Origin: Arenicellales bacterium
Lineage (GTDB): Bacteria; Pseudomonadota; Gammaproteobacteria; Arenicellales; JAANXG01
NCBI GenBank assembly: GCA_049583715.1
Contig: JBAUWJ010000152.1
Span: 30 to 64,029, forward strand
Length of the DNA stretch: 64,000 nucleotides
Reading direction: 5' to 3'
In this document: one piece after another, positions 56,412-64,000 of the stretch
How positions within the stretch are numbered: position 1 is the stretch's first letter
How the letters are laid out: every line of letters starts with the position of its first letter
Program-made: the position numbers and the translations under genes
Notes under the pieces: model-generated
Databases searched by the model: none
Told to the model about the DNA's origin: nothing
What the model saw: the letters and a program-made list of their open reading frames with translations, nothing else

Positions 56412-58721
56412 TTACTCGGGGGGCGGAGGTGCGAGCACTTCCCTCTTCCCGTTCGACTGCAGCGGACCGACGACGCCCGCCTGCTCCATCGCTTCGATCA
56501 TTCGCGCGGCACGATTGTACCCGACTCTGAGCTGTCGCTGCACCGCCGATACCGAGGCCCGTCGCGACTCGGTCACGATACGCAGGGCCTGGTCGTAGAG
56601 AGGGTCGTCCTCGGGCGACTCGCCCCCCGACGCCGTCGTCGTCTCGCCGGTCACCGCCTCGACGACCCGCGGACTGCCCGCCAGGATCTCGTCGTCGTAC
56701 GCGGGCTCTCCGGCATGCTTCAAGTGTTTGACAACGCTGTGCACCTCCTGATCGGTGACGAAGCTGCCGTGGACGCGCTCCGGCGTGCTGGTACCGGGAG
56801 GTAGATACAGCATGTCGCCGTGCCCCAGCAGGTGCTCTGCGCCGATCTGGTCCAGGACCGTGCGCGAATCGACTTTCGACGACACCTGGAAGGCAATGCG
56901 GCACGGGATATTCGCCTTGATCAGGCCCGTGATCACGTCCACGGAGGGGCGCTGAGTCGCGAGTATGAGGTGTATGCCCGCCGCCCTGCCCTTCTGGGCC
57001 AGGCGGGTAATCAGCTCCTCGACCTTCTTGCCGACCACGATCATGAGGTCCGCGAGCTCGTCGATGATGATGACCACATACGGCAGGCTCGCCAGCGGCT
57101 CGGCGGCTTCCGGGTCCTGGGCCAGGGGATCGGGGATCGGCTGCCCGCTCTCCTCGGCGCCGGCGACCTTCCTGTTGTATCCCGAGATATTGCGAACGCC
57201 GAGAGACGCCATCACCCTGTAGCGCCTCTCCATCTCGAAGATACACCACCTGAGGGCGTTGGCGGCCTCGCTCATCTCCGTCACCACCGGCGCCAGCAGA
57301 TGCGGGATGCCATCGTAGATGGACAGCTCCAGCATCTTCGGATCGATCATGATCATGCGCACATCCTTGGGCGAGGACTTGAACACGATGCTCATGATCA
57401 GGGCGTTGAGGCAGACCGACTTCCCGGAGCCGGTCGTACCCGCCACCAGCAGATGCGGCATCCGGCACAGATCGGCGATCACCGGCACGCCACTGATGTC
57501 CTTGCCCAGCATCAGGGCCAGGGGCGTATTCGCCTCTTCGTAGGCGGTGGACGACAGGCCCTCCACCAGGTGCACGACTTCGCGTGCCTCGTTGGGAACC
57601 TCCAGCCCGATGACCGTCTTGCCCGGGATATTGTCCACCACCCGCACGCTGACCGTGGACAGGGCCCGGGCCAGGTCGCGGGAGAGATTCTGAATCTGGC
57701 TCGCCTTGATGCCCGGCGCGGGATCGATCTCGAAGCGCGTAATGACCGGCCCCGGATGGACCGCCACCACCTGAACGTCGATATTGAAGTCCGCGAGCTT
57801 CTTCTCCACCAGGCGTGACATGGCCTGCAGGGTGTCCTTGGAGAAGCCGGGGTCGTGTTGCCCCGGGGGATCGAGCAGCGTCAGGGGCGGGATCACCGAC
57901 GAGGTCGTCACCTTGGCTTCGAACAGGGTCGACTGCTTGTCGCGCTCGAGGCGGCCGCTGTCCGCCCTTGCCTGTATCTTCGGCTCTATCCGTGGGGGCC
58001 GCTTGCCCTCGGAATCCAGCCGCTCGCGAATGGCTTTCACGCTGACCATCCGCTCCCGCTTGGCTTTGATGCCCACCGCCTTGTCCACCGACTGCCCGAG
58101 CCGGCCGTGAACCACGCCGATGGCCGCGAACACCTGCTCCCCGATCCGGTCCATCAACCAGAACCAGGACAGCTTGATGAACAGCGTCACGCCCGTGAGA
58201 AACATCGCCAGCAGGAACACCGTCGAGCCGGCGAAGCCGAAGACGCCGCGCAGGCTCGAGCTGGCGATCGATCCCAGCACACCCCCGGCAACGAACGGCA
58301 GGCCGCTCGCGGAACCGTAGAAATGCTGGCTCTCCAGCCCGCAGCCGCCGACGATGGTGAGGACAAACCCCAGGGCGCTCACCAGCCGGCCGGACAGCTC
58401 ATGGGGATACATCGTCAGCCTGCCCCGGTAGATGCGCCAGCCCAGCATCAGGACCATCACCGGCAACAGGTAGGCGACGCGCCCGAACGCCTGGAAGAGG
58501 AGATCCGAAATCCAGGCACCGAACCGCCCGCCCCAGTTCTGCACCCCGCTGGTGATCCCGGTGCTCGACCACCCGGGGTCGCTGGCGGAATAGGTCGACA
58601 AGGCGAGCAGGAAATACAAGGCAAGCGCCGAGCACACGATCAGCAGCGCCTCGCCGGTGTGCCGGCTTCCGCTCACGGACTCGGTGTTGCTGTTTACGGG
58701 TTTTCTTCGGGCCTGCTGCAT
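56412..58721 (-). CDS. ftsK: DNA translocase FtsK
   Basis: N-terminal TM helices, motor domain HLLVAGTTGSGKSV, C-terminal gamma (winged-helix) domain. Start taken at MQQARRK (58721). Confidence 0.93.
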   Translation of the reverse strand: MQQARRKPVNSNTESVSGSRHTGEALLIVCSALALYFLLALSTYSASDPGWSSTGITSGVQNWGGRFGAWISDLLFQAFGRVAYLLPVMVLMLGWRIYRGRLTMYPHELSGRLVSALGFVLTIVGGCGLESQHFYGSASGLPFVAGGVLGSIASSSLRGVFGFAGSTVFLLAMFLTGVTLFIKLSWFWLMDRIGEQVFAAIGVVHGRLGQSVDKAVGIKAKRERMVSVKAIRERLDSEGKRPPRIEPKIQARADSGRLERDKQSTLFEAKVTTSSVIPPLTLLDPPGQHDPGFSKDTLQAMSRLVEKKLADFNIDVQVVAVHPGPVITRFEIDPAPGIKASQIQNLSRDLARALSTVSVRVVDNIPGKTVIGLEVPNEAREVVHLVEGLSSTAYEEANTPLALMLGKDISGVPVIADLCRMPHLLVAGTTGSGKSVCLNALIMSIVFKSSPKDVRMIMIDPKMLELSIYDGIPHLLAPVVTEMSEAANALRWCIFEMERRYRVMASLGVRNISGYNRKVAGAEESGQPIPDPLAQDPEAAEPLASLPYVVIIIDELADLMIVVGKKVEELITRLAQKGRAAGIHLILATQRPSVDVITGLIKANIPCRIAFQVSSKVDSRTVLDQIGAEHLLGHGDMLYLPPGTSTPERVHGSFVTDQEVHSVVKHLKHAGEPAYDDEILAGSPRVVEAVTGETTTASGGESPEDDPLYDQALRIVTESRRASVSAVQRQLRVGYNRAARMIEAMEQAGVVGPLQSNGKREVLAPPPPE

Positions 58722-58830
58722 CAATCCACGCCTTTCGACAAGTCTTATTCTAAATGACAATGACGGCTTTTCGCATGAACCCCCGCCGGGCGGCTTTTGC
58801 TTGAATTCAGCGGCCGCGCGTACCATATAG

Positions 58831-59995
<1,165 letters not shown>

Positions 59996-60008
59996 GCGCG
60001 GTGTTCCG

Positions 60009-60536
60009 ATGTCCGGCGACGACGAACGGGAGCTGTTTCGAAAGCAGATGTCCGACGTGATCCGGCATCGCACCGACGTGGTCCCACCCGGCCGGCCTCG
60101 ACCCGATCCCATACCGCACCAGACTCGCCGGGAAGAGCGTGCCGTATTGGATGATCTGGCCCGGGAGGACGTCGACTGGACCGAGCACGAGACCGGAGAC
60201 GAGCTGTTCTTCCACCAGCCCGGTGTCCAGAGGCGCACCATCAAGAAGCTGCGCCGCGGCGGCTACGCCGTCGCCGCCGAGCTCGACCTGCACGGCTGCA
60301 CCGTCGAGCAGGCGCGCGCACGCCTCGGCGACTTTCTCGCGGCGCTCGACCGGCGGCGCCAGACCTGCGTTCGCATCGTCCATGGCAAGGGTCTCGGTTC
60401 GCCGGGCCGCCGGCCCGTCCTCCGCAGCAAGGTGGCCTTGTGGCTGGCTCGCCGCCGGGACGTTCTCGGGTATTGCTCCGCGCCGGCGCATGACGGCGGC
60501 CTCGGGGCGCTCTACGTGTTGCTGCGCAAGCTCTGA
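60009..60536 (+). CDS. Smr/MutS2-type small endonuclease-domain protein
   Basis: Smr domain ELDLHGCTVEQARARLGDFL...RIVHGKGLGS. Confidence 0.82.
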   Translation: MSGDDERELFRKQMSDVIRHRTDVVPPGRPRPDPIPHQTRREERAVLDDLAREDVDWTEHETGDELFFHQPGVQRRTIKKLRRGGYAVAAELDLHGCTVEQARARLGDFLAALDRRRQTCVRIVHGKGLGSPGRRPVLRSKVALWLARRRDVLGYCSAPAHDGGLGALYVLLRKL

Positions 60537-60652
60537 ATGGGGGCCAGTGTCCGGTCGGAGTCCCGCCTGCATTACCGGACCGCGACGGCCCTCGCCGTCG
60601 CAGCGAGAGCGGCCGCGACGCCCACGACAACCCGGGCTGCGGTATCGATCAC

Positions 60653-63600
60653 ATGAGCGCCCCCGCTGCGAGTACAATTCGCCGCCGTCCCGAGTCACCA
60701 GCCGCGCCCCGCTTGTCTGAATCCACATCCAGCATTTTCGAGCCTCGAACACCGGGCGCCGGCGAGCATCTTCGTTGGCGGGGCCTGTTCGGCAGCGGCC
60801 CGGGCCTGGCAGTCGCGGCGCTGGCGGCGAGCGGCAGGACCATCGTGGTGGCCACCGACGATATGCGCGCCGCCGCGCGGCTCCAAACCCAGCTTCGCTT
60901 CTTTCTCGACGCGCGCCGCACGTCGCTGCAGTCGTTTCCCGACTGGGAGTGCCTGCCCTATGACAATTTCTCCCCGCACCCGGACCTCGTTTCGCAGCGC
61001 CTGCTGACGCTGCATCGCCTGCCGCGCATGCGCGGCGGCGTGGTGGTGCTGCCGGTATCGAACCTGATGCAGCGCCTGCCCCCGGTCGAATACGTTCACA
61101 GCCGCACCTTCGACCTCGCGGTCGGCGATACAGTCGACGCGGCCGAGCTGGCGGGCCGGCTGCAGCGGGCCGCTTACCACAACGTCGGCCAGGTGCTGGC
61201 ACCCGGTGAGTTCAGCCTGCGCGGCGGCGTCATCGACGTCTTTCCCATGGGCAGCAACCAGCCGTTTCGGATCGACCTCTTCGGCGACGAGATCGAATCC
61301 ATCCGTCATTTCGATCCGGACAGCCAGCGCTCGGTGGACCGGGTGGACCGGCTGCGCCTGCTGCCGGCCACGGAGTTTCCTCTCGACGAGGACGCCGTGA
61401 GGGCCTTCCGGCAGCGGTTCCGGAGCCGTTTCGAGGGCGATCCCCAGAAATCGTCCATCTATCGCGATGTGTCCCGCGGCCTCGCTCCCGCCGGCATCGA
61501 GTTCTACCTGCCGCTGTTCTTCGACGGCACGGCGACGATATTCGACTACTTGCCGGAGGGAACCATCCTGGTCCACGACGACGGGCTGGAGAAAGCCTGT
61601 GAGCTCAACCACGCCGCGATCCGGGATCGCTACGAGCTGGTGCGTCTCAACGGCGAGAATCCCGTGCTGTCTCCGGAAGCGCTCTATCTCGGCCCCGAAG
61701 AGGTCATTGCCGAAGTGGGCCGGCGCGCGCGCATCGAGAACACCGTTTACAGCGATGGCGACGGAGTCTCCTTCGGCACCTCGGCGCCGCCGAGCTTCGC
61801 CGCCGCGGCCCATTCGCCCGAGCCGTTCGAGCCCTTGACGCGCTTCCTGAACGGCTATGACGGGCGGGTCCTTCTGGTCGCGGAGAGCCCCGGCCGGCGC
61901 GAGGTCCTGAGCGGCCTGCTGCGGGACCGGGGCCTGCCGGCCACCGAGGTCCCCGGGTGGACTGAGTTCCTCGATGGGCTGCCGCGCCTTGCCATCACCG
62001 TGGACCGCATGGAGGACGGTCTGATGCTCCAGGAACCGGCGATCGCGGTCGTCACCGAGGCCCAGATCTTCGGCGAACGGGTCGCGCAGCGGCGCCGCCG
62101 CGCGCCGGCCCGGCGTGACCCGGATGCCATCATCCGCTCCCTGGCCGAGCTGCAGGTCGACGACCCCGTCGTGCACGAGGACCATGGCGTCGGCCGTTAC
62201 CGGGGACTCGCGACCCTGGACATAGACGGCAACCCGACCGAGTTCCTGACCATCGAGTACTACGGCGGCGACAAGCTCTACATTCCGATCCTGTCCCTGC
62301 ACGCCGTGTCCCGCTATGTCGGAGCCAGCCCGGAGACCGCGCCCCTGCACAAGCTCGGCAGCGAGCAATGGCTTCGAGCCCGAAAGAAGGCGCAGGAGCG
62401 GGCCTACGACGTGGCGGCGGAGCTGCTCGAGACCCAGGCGCTGCGCAACTCGCGCTCGGGCTTCGCCTGCCGGCCGCCGGACGACGCCTACCGCAGCTTC
62501 TGCGAGGGCTTCGTGTTCGAGGAAACGCCGGACCAGGCCCAGGTGATCGACGACGTTATCGCCGACATGGAATCCGGGGACCCCATGGATCGCCTGGTGT
62601 GCGGCGACGTCGGCTTCGGCAAGACCGAGATTGCCATGCGGGCGGCGTTCCTGGCGGTCACGAGCGGCAAGCAGGTGGCGGTGCTGGTGCCGACGACGCT
62701 GCTGGCCCAGCAGCATTTCGACAACTTCAACGACCGCTTCGCGGACTTTCCCGTGGAGGTCGAGCTGCTTTCCCGTTTCCGCTCCCGCAAGGAAGCGGAA
62801 GCCATACTCACGAGAGTGAACGAGGGCAAGGTCGACATCCTGATCGGCACCCACCGGGTCCTGCAGAAGGACGTCCGGATACCGAATCTCGGCCTCGTGA
62901 TCATCGACGAGGAGCACCGCTTCGGCGTGCGCCAGAAGGAGCGCCTCAAGCAGCTTCGCGCCGAGGTGGACGTGCTGACCTTGACCGCCACGCCCATCCC
63001 GCGGACCCTGAATACCGCGCTGTCCGGGCTGCGGGACATCTCCATCATCGGCACGCCGCCCAAGGACCGCCTGTCGGTCAGGACCTTCGTCCGGGAATGG
63101 AACAATGCCGCGATCCGGGAAGCCTGCCTGCGCGAGATCCGGCGCGGCGGACAGGTCTACTTTCTCCACAATGAAGTCCGCACCATCGACAAGTACTACG
63201 AGCAGCTTGCCGCCCTGGTGCCGGAGGCCGATATCCGCGTTGCCCACGGGCAGCTTCCGGAAAGACGGCTGGAGCGGATCATGAGCGACTTCTACCACCA
63301 GCGCTTCAATCTGCTCCTTTGCTCCACCATCATCGAGAGCGGGATCGACGTGCCGTCCGCCAACACCATCATCATCAACCGTGCGGACCGTTTCGGCCTT
63401 GCCCAGCTCCATCAGCTCCGCGGCCGCGTCGGCCGCTCCCACCACCAGGCCTATGCCTACCTGCTGACCCCGCCCAGAAGAGCTCTGACCGGCGACGCCC
63501 TGAAACGCCTGCACGCGATCGAATCCCTCGAAGACCTCGGGGCCGGCTTCGCCCTCGCCTCCCACGACCTCGAGATCCGCGGCGCCGGCGAGATCCTCGG

Positions 63601-64000
63601 CGAGTCGCAGAGCGGAACCATCGACGAGGTGGGCTTCACCATGTACACCGAGTTCCTCAACCGCGCCATCGAGACGCTGAACACCGAAGGCTCGGTGTCG
63701 GAAGCCTCGCGCCATGCCGCCCTGAACGATGCCAGGCGCCCGGAGATCAATCTCAATCTGCCGGCCCTGCTGCCCGAGTCCTATCTGAACGACGTCCACC
63801 AGAGGCTGGTGATCTACAAGAGAATCTCCAGTGCCGGGGACATCGAGGAACTCGATGAGCTGCAGGCCGAGACCATCGACCGTTTCGGCCTCCTGCCCGA
63901 CGCCGCCAAGACCCTGTTCCGGACGGCAGAGCGCGCCCTGGCGCTCCGCGGCCGAGGTATCGAGCGCGTCAACCTCGGCCCCGCCGGGGGACGCGTCGAG
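60653..64000 (+). CDS. mfd: Transcription-repair coupling factor (3' end beyond the window)
   Basis: The frame stays open from 60653 to the window end. It contains FPDWECLPYDNFSPHPDLVSQRL, EFSLRGGVIDVFP, the CarD-like VVHEDHGVGRY, helicase GDVGFGKTE / DEEHRFG, and the TRG motif region. Start is ATG 60653 or TTG 60713. It is not in the ORF track because it has no stop. Confidence 0.93.
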   Translation, partial: MSAPAASTIRRRPESPAAPRLSESTSSIFEPRTPGAGEHLRWRGLFGSGPGLAVAALAASGRTIVVATDDMRAAARLQTQLRFFLDARRTSLQSFPDWECLPYDNFSPHPDLVSQRLLTLHRLPRMRGGVVVLPVSNLMQRLPPVEYVHSRTFDLAVGDTVDAAELAGRLQRAAYHNVGQVLAPGEFSLRGGVIDVFPMGSNQPFRIDLFGDEIESIRHFDPDSQRSVDRVDRLRLLPATEFPLDEDAVRAFRQRFRSRFEGDPQKSSIYRDVSRGLAPAGIEFYLPLFFDGTATIFDYLPEGTILVHDDGLEKACELNHAAIRDRYELVRLNGENPVLSPEALYLGPEEVIAEVGRRARIENTVYSDGDGVSFGTSAPPSFAAAAHSPEPFEPLTRFLNGYDGRVLLVAESPGRREVLSGLLRDRGLPATEVPGWTEFLDGLPRLAITVDRMEDGLMLQEPAIAVVTEAQIFGERVAQRRRRAPARRDPDAIIRSLAELQVDDPVVHEDHGVGRYRGLATLDIDGNPTEFLTIEYYGGDKLYIPILSLHAVSRYVGASPETAPLHKLGSEQWLRARKKAQERAYDVAAELLETQALRNSRSGFACRPPDDAYRSFCEGFVFEETPDQAQVIDDVIADMESGDPMDRLVCGDVGFGKTEIAMRAAFLAVTSGKQVAVLVPTTLLAQQHFDNFNDRFADFPVEVELLSRFRSRKEAEAILTRVNEGKVDILIGTHRVLQKDVRIPNLGLVIIDEEHRFGVRQKERLKQLRAEVDVLTLTATPIPRTLNTALSGLRDISIIGTPPKDRLSVRTFVREWNNAAIREACLREIRRGGQVYFLHNEVRTIDKYYEQLAALVPEADIRVAHGQLPERRLERIMSDFYHQRFNLLLCSTIIESGIDVPSANTIIINRADRFGLAQLHQLRGRVGRSHHQAYAYLLTPPRRALTGDALKRLHAIESLEDLGAGFALASHDLEIRGAGEILGESQSGTIDEVGFTMYTEFLNRAIETLNTEGSVSEASRHAALNDARRPEINLNLPALLPESYLNDVHQRLVIYKRISSAGDIEELDELQAETIDRFGLLPDAAKTLFRTAERALALRGRGIERVNLGPAGGRVE

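Noticed and set aside
60695-63799. The longest ORF in the track (1034 aa, minus strand).
   Set aside because: It is exactly antisense to mfd. The translation is R/G/A/D/V-rich with no motifs, whereas the plus frame open from 60653 to 64000 carries all Mfd signatures. This is a typical high-GC shadow ORF.

Overview
High-GC chromosomal window from a gammaproteobacterium-like genome. The taxon is inferred from synteny: uvrC-pgsA-tRNA-Gly-tRNA-Cys-tRNA-Leu, comEC-exbBD-msbA-lpxK-ycaR-kdsB, lolCD-lysS-prfB, serS-lolA-ftsK-trxB and mfd. I found no rRNA, CRISPR array, transposase or integrase. Most of the window is housekeeping, broken by three accessory blocks. (1) Positions 1-6433 lie downstream of tRNA-Leu(UAA). 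They hold vapBC, an 840-aa archaeo-eukaryotic-primase (Prim-Pol)/SF2-helicase fusion, a PIN (DUF3368-like) toxin with a two-domain antitoxin, and a ribbon-helix-helix/nucleotidyltransferase pair. A 21-nt direct repeat of the tRNA-Leu 3' end marks island remnants. (2) Positions 7.1-12.9 kb hold a five-gene glycosylation cluster inserted between tRNA-Cys and tRNA-Gly, within what is a contiguous tRNA operon in E. coli. (3) Positions 42.9-54.1 kb hold a Wza/Wzc-type exopolysaccharide locus with several uncharacterised genes. The tRNA-Leu(UAA) gene itself is split by a 249-nt group I intron. At least five families of structured intergenic repeats occur. One is a 107-nt hairpin element whose arms differ between copies but stay complementary within each copy. 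Because of the GC content, the ORF track contains many long antisense shadow ORFs of up to 1034 aa, and I rejected these. All calls rest on reading the sequence and translations by eye. No database search was run.
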